NCBI GenBank assembly: GCA_016869645.1
Contig: VGDO01000001.1
Location: forward strand, 73,957 to 137,956
Length of the DNA: 64,000 nucleotides
Direction of reading: 5' to 3'
Source of the DNA: Alphaproteobacteria bacterium
GTDB lineage: Bacteria > Pseudomonadota > Alphaproteobacteria > SHVW01
Part shown: piece after piece, positions 53,772 to 62,410 of the stretch
How positions within the stretch are numbered: position 1 is the first letter of the stretch
How the letters are laid out: the number at the start of each line of letters is the position of its first letter
Made by a program: the position numbers and the translations under genes
The notes under the pieces: generated by a model
What the model was told of the DNA's origin: nothing
The model's input: only the letters and a program-made list of their open reading frames with translations
The model's database searches: none

Positions 53772-54779
53772 ATGACTCCGCTCAAGCTCGCTGAGCGCAT
53801 TCTCCAGCTCGTGCCGGTCCTGCTCGGCATCGCCGTCATCGCATTCGTCATGATGGCGCTGACGCCAGGCGATCCGGTCGAGATCATGCTGGGCGACGCG
53901 CGTTCGACGCCGGAGCAGCGGGATGCGCTGCGCCACGACATGGGCCTCGACCGCCCGCCGCTCGAGCGATTCTTCGTCTTTCTAGGCAACGCGCTCAGCG
54001 GGGATTTCGGGCTCAGCTTCTTTCATCGCCGGCCCGTCATGGACGTCATCCTCGAGCGCGTTCCGGCCACGGTCGAGCTGACCCTGGCGGCGCTGTTCAT
54101 CGCGCTCGCCACCGCCATCCCGCTCGGCGTCCTCGCCGCGGTCCGCCGCAACGGCTGGCTCGACCGCGCGGCCACCATCGGTTCGCTGCTCGGCGTGTCT
54201 CTGCCGGGGTTCTGGTTCGGCATCCTCCTGATCATGCTGTTTGCGGTTCACCTGCAGGTGCTGCCCGTCTCGGGCCGGATCGGCTTTGGCCAGGAGGTGC
54301 CACCGGTCACCCGCCTGCTCCTGATCGACAGCCTCATTGCGGGACGGCTCGACAGTTTCGCCGCGGCGCTCCGCCACCTGATCATGCCCGCGCTGACGCT
54401 TGGTCTGGCCATGGGCGCCATCCTCATGCGCGTCACGCGGACTGCGATGGTCGAGGCGCTGGCCCAGGATTACATCGTGTTCGCGGAAGCCAAGGGCTTG
54501 TCTCGCGCGCGCATTCTCGGCCGCCATGCGCTCAAGAATGCGCTGATCCCGACCGTGACCGTCGCCGCGATCGAAACTGGCTCGCTGCTCGGCGGCAACA
54601 TGATCGTGGAGACCGTGTTCGGCTGGCCTGGTCTCGGTCGCCTCGTCGTCGAGGCGATCTTCGCCCGAAACTACCCGCTCGTGCAGGCCGCCGTCCTGCT
54701 CTACGCGGCGACCTATGTCATGCTGAACTTCGCCGCCGATCTGCTCTATACCGCGCTCAATCCGCGGGTGCGCCTGTGA
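53772..54779 (+). CDS. ABC transporter permease (DppB-like)
   Basis: 335 aa with LQLVPVLLGIAVIAFVMMALTPGDP and C-terminus LNPRVRL. Confidence 0.9.
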   Translation: MTPLKLAERILQLVPVLLGIAVIAFVMMALTPGDPVEIMLGDARSTPEQRDALRHDMGLDRPPLERFFVFLGNALSGDFGLSFFHRRPVMDVILERVPATVELTLAALFIALATAIPLGVLAAVRRNGWLDRAATIGSLLGVSLPGFWFGILLIMLFAVHLQVLPVSGRIGFGQEVPPVTRLLLIDSLIAGRLDSFAAALRHLIMPALTLGLAMGAILMRVTRTAMVEALAQDYIVFAEAKGLSRARILGRHALKNALIPTVTVAAIETGSLLGGNMIVETVFGWPGLGRLVVEAIFARNYPLVQAAVLLYAATYVMLNFAADLLYTALNPRVRL

Positions 54780-55690
54780 GCGAGGCGGTACCGGCGCTGT
54801 CGGGCGCCAAGGGCATCGATTGGGCGCTCGCCGAATCGCCGATTGCCGGCAATCTCCGGCAATTCGTCCGCGACGGCGCCGCACTGGCTGCGACGGCAAC
54901 GGTCGCCGCCTTCGTGCTTCTGGCGTTGCTGGCACCCCTTGTCGCGCCGCACGATCCGGCCGAGGGCGACTTGCTGCGCCGGCTTCAGCCCCCGGCGTGG
55001 ATGAGCGGCGGCGAATGGGCCTATCCGCTCGGCTGCGACGCCCTCGGCCGGGACGTGCTGTCGCGCATGATCTACGGCACGCGCGTGTCGATTCTCGTCG
55101 GCGTGCTCGTCATCTTCTTCGCCGCCGTCATCGGCACGCTGGCAGGCCTTGCCGCGGGCTATTTGCGCGGTCCGGTCGACATCGTCATCTCGCGTCTGGT
55201 CGACATACTGCTCGGCTTTCCCTACCTGATCTTCGCAATCGGGCTGATGGCCATGATGGGGCCTGGCCTCAGCAACATCGTGCTCGCACTGGCCTACAAG
55301 GAATGGGTGCTGCCCTGCCGCGTCGTGCGGGCGGAAACCCTGGCGGCACGCGAGACCGAGTATGTCGAGGCGGCGCGCGCCCTCGGCGCCTCGCGCGTGC
55401 ACATCATGCTGCGCGAGATCCTGCCGAACATCCTCTCGCCTGTTCTCGTCGTCGCGACCTTTCGCATGGCGCACGTCATCATCGTCGAGGCGAGCCTGTC
55501 CTTTCTCGGTCTCGGCGTGCAGCCGCCGACCGCGTCCTGGGGCTCCATGGTCGCCGACGGTCGCCAGTTCCTGCTCGAGGCATGGTGGGTCAGCACATTC
55601 CCCGGCCTCGCCATCCTCGCCCTGGTGCTTGCCATCAACGTCGCGAGCCAGGGACTGCGCGATGCCTTCGATCCGCGGCTGCAGTCATGA
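54776..55690 (+). CDS. ABC transporter permease (DppC-like)
   Basis: GTG start overlaps the upstream TGA (GTGA at 54776-54779). YPLGCDALGRDVLSRM, C-terminus DPRLQS. Confidence 0.9.
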   Translation: MSEAVPALSGAKGIDWALAESPIAGNLRQFVRDGAALAATATVAAFVLLALLAPLVAPHDPAEGDLLRRLQPPAWMSGGEWAYPLGCDALGRDVLSRMIYGTRVSILVGVLVIFFAAVIGTLAGLAAGYLRGPVDIVISRLVDILLGFPYLIFAIGLMAMMGPGLSNIVLALAYKEWVLPCRVVRAETLAARETEYVEAARALGASRVHIMLREILPNILSPVLVVATFRMAHVIIVEASLSFLGLGVQPPTASWGSMVADGRQFLLEAWWVSTFPGLAILALVLAINVASQGLRDAFDPRLQS

Positions 55691-56691
55691 GCGCCTTGCC
55701 CGCCCACGACGCGCTGCTCAGCCTGCGCGGCCTTACGACGGTCTTTCCCACCCGTCATGGCGAGGTGCGTGCCGCCGACGGCGTCGATCTCGATGTCCGG
55801 CCCGGCGAATGCCTGGGCGTCGTCGGGGAATCGGGTTCGGGCAAGACGGTGACATTTCTCAGCGTGCTCGATCTGGTCCGCCGGCCCGGACGCATCGAAG
55901 CCGGAACGATCGTGTTCGACGGACGCGACCTGCGCCGCCTCCCGCCTGAAGCGCTTCGCGCCATTCGTGGCCGGGATATCGCCATGACCATGCAGGATGC
56001 CCTGACCGCGCTCAATCCGGCCTTCACGGTCGGCGCGCAGATCGCCGAAGTTCTCGAAGCCCATGGCCGTGCCACCGGCCGGTCCGCCCTGGACCGGGCG
56101 GTCCAGCTGCTCGAGCAGGTCGGCGTGCCGGATCCGGCGCGACGCGTGGGTGTCTATCCGCATCAGCTTTCGGGCGGCCTGCGCCAGCGCGCCATGATCG
56201 CAGCGGCACTCGCCTGCCAGCCTCGACTGCTGATCGCCGACGAGCCGACGACCGCGCTCGACGTGACCATTCAGGCGCAGGTGCTCGATCTAATCGCCGA
56301 CATGCGCCAGCGCCTGGGCATGAGCGTCGTGCTCATTACGCATGATTTGGGCATCGTTGCCGAGCGGTGCGACCGCGTGGTCGTGATGTACGCCGGACAG
56401 GTGGTCGAGTCCGGCCCGACGCGACAGGTGATCGGGGCGCCGGCGCACCCCTACACGGCCGGCCTGCTTGCGTCGATGCCCCGCCTCAACCAGACCCGCG
56501 CGGCGATCAGGCCGATCGAAGGCCAAATTCCCGACCCGGCCCGGCTGCCGCCCGGCTGCCGCTTCGAGCCGCGCTGCCCGCGACGGCGCAGCGAGTGCCT
56601 GCAGCCGGTTCCAATGCGCGACATCGTCCGCGCCGAGCGCGCGTTCGGCGCTCGCGCCGTGCGCTGCGTCCTCGCGGGAGCGGCGCCATGA
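55687..56691 (+). CDS. ABC transporter ATP-binding protein (DppD-like)
   Basis: ATGA overlap at 55687-55690. Walker A GESGSGKT, signature [17 protein letters not shown]. Confidence 0.9.
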   Translation: MSALPAHDALLSLRGLTTVFPTRHGEVRAADGVDLDVRPGECLGVVGESGSGKTVTFLSVLDLVRRPGRIEAGTIVFDGRDLRRLPPEALRAIRGRDIAMTMQDALTALNPAFTVGAQIAEVLEAHGRATGRSALDRAVQLLEQVGVPDPARRVGVYPHQLSGGLRQRAMIAAALACQPRLLIADEPTTALDVTIQAQVLDLIADMRQRLGMSVVLITHDLGIVAERCDRVVVMYAGQVVESGPTRQVIGAPAHPYTAGLLASMPRLNQTRAAIRPIEGQIPDPARLPPGCRFEPRCPRRRSECLQPVPMRDIVRAERAFGARAVRCVLAGAAP

Positions 56692-57680
56692 CCGTCGCTG
56701 CGCCGCTGCTACGCGCACGCAACCTCGTCAAGCATTTCGACCTGCGCCATGGACTTGCCCGCCTGGTTCAGCCGCAGCACGGCCATGTCGTGCGCGCGGT
56801 CGATGACGTCGAGCTGGAGATCCGACGCGGCGAGACGCTCGGCCTGATCGGCGAAAGCGGCAGCGGCAAGTCGACGCTCGGCCGCCTGGCGATTCGCCTG
56901 CTGGACGCCGATGCGGGCGAGGTCCGGTTCGACGGCACCGATCTTCTGCGGCTCGAGCCTGCCGAGCTCGTCCGCCTGCGGCGACGGATGCAGATCATCT
57001 TCCAGGATCCGTACGCCTCGCTCAATCCGCGCCGGACCGTCGAGGACATCGTCGGCTTGGGCCTGCGCATCCACGAGCGCTCCGCCGCACCGTCGACGCG
57101 CGACCGCGTGGTCGACATGCTCGAGCGAGTCGGATTGTCCGCCGCGCATCTTCATCGCTACCCGCATCAGTTTTCCGGCGGACAGCGCCAGCGTATCGGC
57201 ATCGCGCGCGCCTTGGTCCTGCGTCCGGACTTCGTCGTCTGCGACGAGCCGGTGTCGGCGCTCGACGTGTCGATCCAGGCGCAGATCATCGCGCTGCTCA
57301 ACGAGCTCAAGCGCGATTTCGGTCTGACCTACCTGTTCATCTCGCACGACCTGTCGGTGGTCGCGCACCTGGCCGACCGGATCGCCGTCATGTATCTCGG
57401 CCGCATCGTGGAAACCGGACCCGCCTCGCGGCTGATCGAGGCCCCGGCGCATCCCTACACCCAGGCCCTGTTCGCCGCCGTGCCGCGCATCGACGCCGGA
57501 GGCGAGCGGCCACCGCGGCTCCAGGGCGACATGCCCTCCGCTCTCGATCCGCCGGCCGGATGCCGCTTCCACACGCGCTGCCCGCATGCCGGGGAGCGCT
57601 GCCGCAGAGTCGAGCCCGCACCGATCGAGGTCGCGGCCGGCCACACCGCGGCCTGCCACCTGCACGGAGACGGCGTATGA
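56688..57680 (+). CDS. ABC transporter ATP-binding protein (DppF-like)
   Basis: ATGA overlap at 56688-56691. Walker [10 protein letters not shown], signature [17 protein letters not shown]. Confidence 0.9.
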   Translation: MTVAAPLLRARNLVKHFDLRHGLARLVQPQHGHVVRAVDDVELEIRRGETLGLIGESGSGKSTLGRLAIRLLDADAGEVRFDGTDLLRLEPAELVRLRRRMQIIFQDPYASLNPRRTVEDIVGLGLRIHERSAAPSTRDRVVDMLERVGLSAAHLHRYPHQFSGGQRQRIGIARALVLRPDFVVCDEPVSALDVSIQAQIIALLNELKRDFGLTYLFISHDLSVVAHLADRIAVMYLGRIVETGPASRLIEAPAHPYTQALFAAVPRIDAGGERPPRLQGDMPSALDPPAGCRFHTRCPHAGERCRRVEPAPIEVAAGHTAACHLHGDGV

Positions 57681-58780
57681 CGCTCGTCGATGCATCGCCG
57701 GGGCGACCGCTCGATCTCGCCGGCTCGGCCTACGAACGCGGCTGGCAGCAGGCGGCGCTCTGCCCCGACATGGTCGACCACGTGCGCCATGCGATCGATC
57801 ACCGGCTCACGGAGACGGCGTCGGCCATCGCGCTGCCCGGGGTGCGCGACTGGATCGACGGCCAGCGCCGCTACACCTCGGCGCACTATCCGGACATCCT
57901 CGAGGAGATTCGCGGTATCGCGGCCGGTTTCGGGGTGACCGCCGATGCGATCTTCATCTACCTGCACTGCTCGATCGCCGCGGAACTGGCCGGCATGGCG
58001 GAGCGCGCGGCCGAGGGCTGCACGTCCTTCGCCGTCACCGCGGGCAGCAGCTCGATCGTCGCCAAGAATCGCGACTACCGACCCGAGCACATTCCGATCC
58101 AGCGCGTGTTCCGCCATGTCGATCCCGCCTGGACCGGCCGGCGCATCCTGTGCGTCGGCTCGCTCGGCAGTCCGGGGAATTTTTCGAGCGGCATGAATTC
58201 CGACGGGTTCGCCGTGACCGATACCAACAGCCGGACAACCGATCACGGCGTCGGCATGCATCGCTACTTTCTGCTGACCTGGCTGCTGGTCAATTGCCGG
58301 ACCGTCGATGACGCGCTCGCCGCCATCCGCGGCATGATGCATACCGGCGGCGGCCTGCTGCTGATGGGGGATGCCGTGGGCGCGGTTGCCGCGGTCGAGC
58401 TCGGCCATCGGAGTGTCGGCATCGAACGACGGGCGGCGGGGCGCGTGAGCCGCACCAACCACTTCGTCACGCCGGCCATGGCCGGCGCCAATCTCGTCGA
58501 CCAAGGCTATGTCGCCTCCCATGCCAATTCCGAAGCCCGACTGCCCGCCGTGGCTGCACTGGTCCGGAGAGCCGATCCGGAATTCGGTGCGGATCAGGCG
58601 GCGGCCATCCTCGCGCATCATCGCGACGGCAAGGGCGAGGCGCTGTGCCGGCATGGCGGGGCCGACCCCGGTCACACCATCTCCGCCAGCGTCTACGAGA
58701 CCGGGCGGCGGCGTCTCTACTTCGCGGCAGGCAACCCATGCGCCGGAGCCTGGCAATCCTTCGACTTCGCAACCAATTGA
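57677..58780 (+). CDS. peptidase C45 / acyl-CoA:6-aminopenicillanic-acid acyltransferase-like Ntn hydrolase
   Basis: ATGA overlap with the ATPase stop at 57677-57680. Candidate N-terminal-nucleophile Cys in AAEGCTSFAV followed by AKNRDY. About 367 aa. Confidence 0.7.
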   Translation: MTLVDASPGRPLDLAGSAYERGWQQAALCPDMVDHVRHAIDHRLTETASAIALPGVRDWIDGQRRYTSAHYPDILEEIRGIAAGFGVTADAIFIYLHCSIAAELAGMAERAAEGCTSFAVTAGSSSIVAKNRDYRPEHIPIQRVFRHVDPAWTGRRILCVGSLGSPGNFSSGMNSDGFAVTDTNSRTTDHGVGMHRYFLLTWLLVNCRTVDDALAAIRGMMHTGGGLLLMGDAVGAVAAVELGHRSVGIERRAAGRVSRTNHFVTPAMAGANLVDQGYVASHANSEARLPAVAALVRRADPEFGADQAAAILAHHRDGKGEALCRHGGADPGHTISASVYETGRRRLYFAAGNPCAGAWQSFDFATN

Positions 58781-58798
58781 GCAATCCGGAGACCAGCA

Positions 58799-60187
58799 AT
58801 GACATCGGTCAAGATCCTGTGCCCCACCGGACACCTGGCGTTCACGCCCATGGAGAAGGACAGCTTCATGCGCGGCTGCGAGCTCAAGCCGGATTTCATC
58901 ATCGCCGACGCCGGCAGCTGCGACATGGGTCCGCGTCCGCTCGGCGCCGATCAGCACGTCAGCCTCGCAGAGTGGCAGCGCCACGATCTCGAAATCATGC
59001 TGCAGCAGTCACGCCGGCTCGGCGTGCCGATGATCGTCGGCTCGGCGTCGGACACGGGCACGGACCGCGGCGTCGATCAGTTCGTCGGCATGATCGCCGA
59101 TATCGCGCGCCAGCATCGCCTCAAGCCGTTCAAGCTGGCGGCGATCTACTCGGAGGTGCCCGTCTCCGAGCTCAAGCAGCGCTTGGGGAGTGGCGCGCGC
59201 ATCGAAGGGCTCGACGGCCGCGCCGATGCCGATCTGGCGACGTTGGAGCGCACCGACCGCGCCGTCGCGGTCATGAATGCCGACCCGGTGCGCAAGGCGC
59301 TACGCCAGGGAGCCGATGTGGTGATTGCCGGGCGGAGCAGCGACTGCGCGATCTTTGCCGCCCCGCTGCTCAACGCCGGGCTGTCGCCGGCGATCGCCTA
59401 CTACACGGGCAAGCTCATGGAGTGCGCGTCCTTCTGCGCCGAGCCGTTCATGGGCAAGGAATCCATTCTCGGTCGGGTCGAGGCGGATGCCGTCTCCATC
59501 GCCGCCATGCATCCCGGGCAGCGCTGCACACCCGCCTCGCTCGCCAGCCATGCCATGTACGAGCGGACCAACCCGTTCCGCGAATACGTCGCCGGCGGCT
59601 ATGTCGACATGACCGACTGCGTCTACGCGCAGACCGATCCGAAGACGACGCGGGCAAGCGGCGCGCGCTTCGTCGCCGACCCGGTCTGCAAGGTCAAGAT
59701 CGAGGGCGCCGGCCTGGTCGGCCAGCGCCGTCTCGCCATCGTCGGCATTCGCGATCCCTATACGATCGGCCTGATCGACAAGGCGATCCAATGGGCGCGC
59801 GGCAAGCTCGAGGAGCGCTTCGGCCCGCCGGGCCAGACCTACCAGGTGTTCTACCATCTCTACGGCCGCAACGCGGTCATGGAATCCCTCGATCCCAAGC
59901 CGCAGCTTCAGCCGCACGAGCTCGGCATCGTGGTCGAGGCCATTCACAAGGATGCCAAGAAGGCAGCGGAGCTGTGTGCGCTCGGCGCACGCAATCTGTT
60001 CTATGCCCGCCTGCCCGAGGTCAAGGGCACGGCCGGCACGGCGGCGCTGATGTCCGACGAGATCCTGGTCGGCGAACCGGGCTACGAATGGACGCTCAAC
60101 CATACGCTGCCCGTCGCCGACCCGCTCGAGCTGTTCCGTTTCCGCACGTTCAACGTCGATGCTCAAGCCTGTCGGGAGGCCGCCTGA
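58799..60187 (+). CDS. DUF1446 (AtuA-like) family protein, tentative
   Basis: GGAGA SD 6 nt upstream. ADVVIAGRSSDCAIFAAPLL and TGKLMECASFC resemble the ADVVITGR...D and GHLLECG blocks I remember for AtuA/DUF1446. The CDS call is firm; the family call is tentative. Confidence 0.55.
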   Translation: MTSVKILCPTGHLAFTPMEKDSFMRGCELKPDFIIADAGSCDMGPRPLGADQHVSLAEWQRHDLEIMLQQSRRLGVPMIVGSASDTGTDRGVDQFVGMIADIARQHRLKPFKLAAIYSEVPVSELKQRLGSGARIEGLDGRADADLATLERTDRAVAVMNADPVRKALRQGADVVIAGRSSDCAIFAAPLLNAGLSPAIAYYTGKLMECASFCAEPFMGKESILGRVEADAVSIAAMHPGQRCTPASLASHAMYERTNPFREYVAGGYVDMTDCVYAQTDPKTTRASGARFVADPVCKVKIEGAGLVGQRRLAIVGIRDPYTIGLIDKAIQWARGKLEERFGPPGQTYQVFYHLYGRNAVMESLDPKPQLQPHELGIVVEAIHKDAKKAAELCALGARNLFYARLPEVKGTAGTAALMSDEILVGEPGYEWTLNHTLPVADPLELFRFRTFNVDAQACREAA

Positions 60188-60501
60188 TGACCGCCACGCT
60201 CCGAGAACTCGCCTCGACCATCCGCTCCAAGAACGCCGGAGTGGACCACGTCACCTTCGACGTCATCTTTCGCGACCGGCGCAACTTCGAACGGGTCCGT
60301 GACGCCAATGTGCTGACACGCGACAGCGTCGCCCAGCTGTACCGGATCGAGCCGGCGCGCATCACGCACTTTGTCGTTTACGAGCCGGGCAATGCCATCA
60401 AGTTCACGATCCGCCGCCTCAAGCCGAGCGGCAGCCCGGGCGAGAGCGACGTGTTCGGCGCGCAGCAGTACCCGCCGCTGTTCGACGTCCAGGTACCCTG
60501 A
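60187..60501 (+). CDS. DUF4387 family protein
   Basis: The ATG shares 1 nt with the upstream TGA (TGATG at 60185-60189). LRELASTIRSKNAGVDHVTFDVIF ... GNAIKFTIRR ... DVFGAQQYPPLFDVQVP matches my memory of DUF4387, the usual partner or C-terminal domain of AtuA-like proteins. Confidence 0.65.
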   Translation: MTATLRELASTIRSKNAGVDHVTFDVIFRDRRNFERVRDANVLTRDSVAQLYRIEPARITHFVVYEPGNAIKFTIRRLKPSGSPGESDVFGAQQYPPLFDVQVP

Positions 60502-60622
60502 ATCGAGGGGCCCGCATGTCCGCGTTTCCCACAGGGGTGGGCATGCTCTAGTGTATGCTCGTCAGTCCACGCACGATGCTCGGAGCATGGCGGTAGCGTG
60601 GATGGCTCCAGGGGGGTGGACC

Positions 60623-61285
60623 ATGTTCGCGCGGATTGCCGCCATCGCGATTGTCACCATCGTCGCCTTGGGAGCCGGCGACGGCCGGGCCGCTTCGGTC
60701 GAAATCGACCTCGACGCCATCGCGACGCCTGTGTCGCCGCGTCTGCGGGCGCCGGCAGGTCTGCCGCAAGCGCTCCAGCTCCTCCCGCCGCATCGCCAGG
60801 CCGTGCAGCCGGCCGACCAGGAAGCCTCGCTGCCGCCGCCTCACGTGGCCGGCCCCAATGCCGATGCGTTGTTCGTGCTGGGCTACGGCCTCGAGCGCGC
60901 CGGCCGGCCGCTCGAGGCCGAGGCGCGCTATCGCCAGTTGCTCGCGGTCTTCCCCAATTCGAGTGCCGCACCGCTCGCCACCGACCGGCTCGAGGCGCTG
61001 CGTCAGGCGGCTGCCGCAGCCTTGCCGCCGCTCGCGGCCCCGCCGCCCGCTCCGCGACAGGTGTGCACGCCGCAGGGGCTGTTCGCCAACCGGTCGGGCT
61101 GGTGCGGACGCGTGCGCGCGACGCGCGACGGCTCGGCCGAGGTCGAGGTCGCGGAGGTACGCGCCAACGGACTGTTCGTCCTCGGCCTCAGGGCGTCGCC
61201 CTGCACCGGCAATCGCTGGCTCGACGGCGCCGCGGTGGGCGCCGTCGTCACCGTGCCGGAATCCTGCCTGACCTCACCCTGGTAG
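60623..61285 (+). CDS. hypothetical secreted protein (one TPR-like helix pair, Pro/Ala-rich linker, 4-Cys C-terminal domain)
   Basis: ATG at 60623 gives the signal peptide MFARIAAIAIVTIVALGAGDGRAAS. No family recognised. Coding status is supported mainly by ORF length and GC3 bias. Confidence 0.5.
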   Translation: MFARIAAIAIVTIVALGAGDGRAASVEIDLDAIATPVSPRLRAPAGLPQALQLLPPHRQAVQPADQEASLPPPHVAGPNADALFVLGYGLERAGRPLEAEARYRQLLAVFPNSSAAPLATDRLEALRQAAAAALPPLAAPPPAPRQVCTPQGLFANRSGWCGRVRATRDGSAEVEVAEVRANGLFVLGLRASPCTGNRWLDGAAVGAVVTVPESCLTSPW

Positions 61286-61320
61286 AATCGGACTGGCCGC
61301 TCGCTTCGACCCCGAACAGG

Positions 61321-62196
61321 TCAGCTCGCCACGACCTTGCGATAGAGGTGCCAGGTCGCGTGCCCCAGCACCGGCAGGATGATCACCAGGCCGATGAACA
61401 CGGGCAGCATGCCGATCACGAGGCCGCCCGCAACGATCAGGCCCCAGACCGCCATCGGCTCGGGGTTCTTCATCACAGCGCGGATCGACGTCTCGACCGC
61501 CGTGTAGACCCCGACATTGCGATCGAGCAGCAGGGGGAATGACACCACGCTGATGGCCAGCACGAGCACGGCGAAAAGGAAGCCGGTGCCCATGCCGACG
61601 ATGACCATCGCCCAGCCTGCGCTGGTCGTCACCACGTCATTGACGAATGCCTCGATCGACACCGGCGGCTTCGGCCCGAGCGTCATGTCGTAGATGATCT
61701 GGGCCACGGCCATCCAGACCACGAAGATCGTGAGCAACACCAGGCCCAGCACCATGATGGCGCCGAAGGCCGGCGAGCCGGTTACCGCGAAGGCATCGGA
61801 CCAGGTGACCTCGAAGCCCTTCTCCCGCCGCCGGCTCATCTCGTAGAGGCCGACGGCCGCGATCGGCCCGATCAGCGTGAATCCGGATGCGAGCGGGAAC
61901 AGCAGAGGCAGCATGTCGTAGCCGAACGCCAGATTGATCAGAAACAGTCCGGCCACGGGGTAGATCAGGCAGACGAAAAAGACGTCCGTCCGATACGCGC
62001 CGAAATCGGCAAAGCCCTTGGCCAGAACTTCCTTGAGATCGGCGATCTCGATGCGCCGCACCACCGGCGGCGTCGTGTCGACGCCCTCGCCCGGTCCGGC
62101 GACGGCATGGCCGGTCGAGCTGATCGCCGTTCCGGCCAGCTTGATCTGGTCCCAGCCCCATTCGAGGGGGTTACGAATATGGTCTTCAGTCGCCAT
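61321..62196 (-). CDS. DUF2189 integral membrane protein
   Basis: ATG at 62196. VRRIEIADLKEVLAKGFADFGAYRTDVFF...LLFPLASGFTLIGPIAAVGLYEMSRRREKG matches my memory of DUF2189. Multi-TM. Confidence 0.7.
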   Translation of the reverse strand: MATEDHIRNPLEWGWDQIKLAGTAISSTGHAVAGPGEGVDTTPPVVRRIEIADLKEVLAKGFADFGAYRTDVFFVCLIYPVAGLFLINLAFGYDMLPLLFPLASGFTLIGPIAAVGLYEMSRRREKGFEVTWSDAFAVTGSPAFGAIMVLGLVLLTIFVVWMAVAQIIYDMTLGPKPPVSIEAFVNDVVTTSAGWAMVIVGMGTGFLFAVLVLAISVVSFPLLLDRNVGVYTAVETSIRAVMKNPEPMAVWGLIVAGGLVIGMLPVFIGLVIILPVLGHATWHLYRKVVAS

Positions 62197-62360
62197 TGTC
62201 GCATCTCCCGAACCATGGGTTCGCGGGGAAGCGGACATGTCGTGGCTTGACGTCGCATGCGGCGTCGGTCACGCAGGCCGCGACCCCACCGTTACCACAA
62301 CTATACGCCTATTTCGGGCGCTCGTCGCGCGGACAGCGCAACCGGCGCAGCGGTCCATCG

Positions 62361-62378
62361 GCCGTGGCATGCCACGGC
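62361..62378 (-). terminator. 18-nt perfect palindrome GCCGTGGCA|TGCCACGGC downstream of the secretin gene
   Basis: Read directly. It begins about 33 nt after the gspD stop (62411) on the transcribed strand. No clear U-tract. Confidence 0.4.
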
Positions 62379-62410
62379 GCCGTCCGCCGCTATCTCGTTC
62401 TGCTGTCAGA

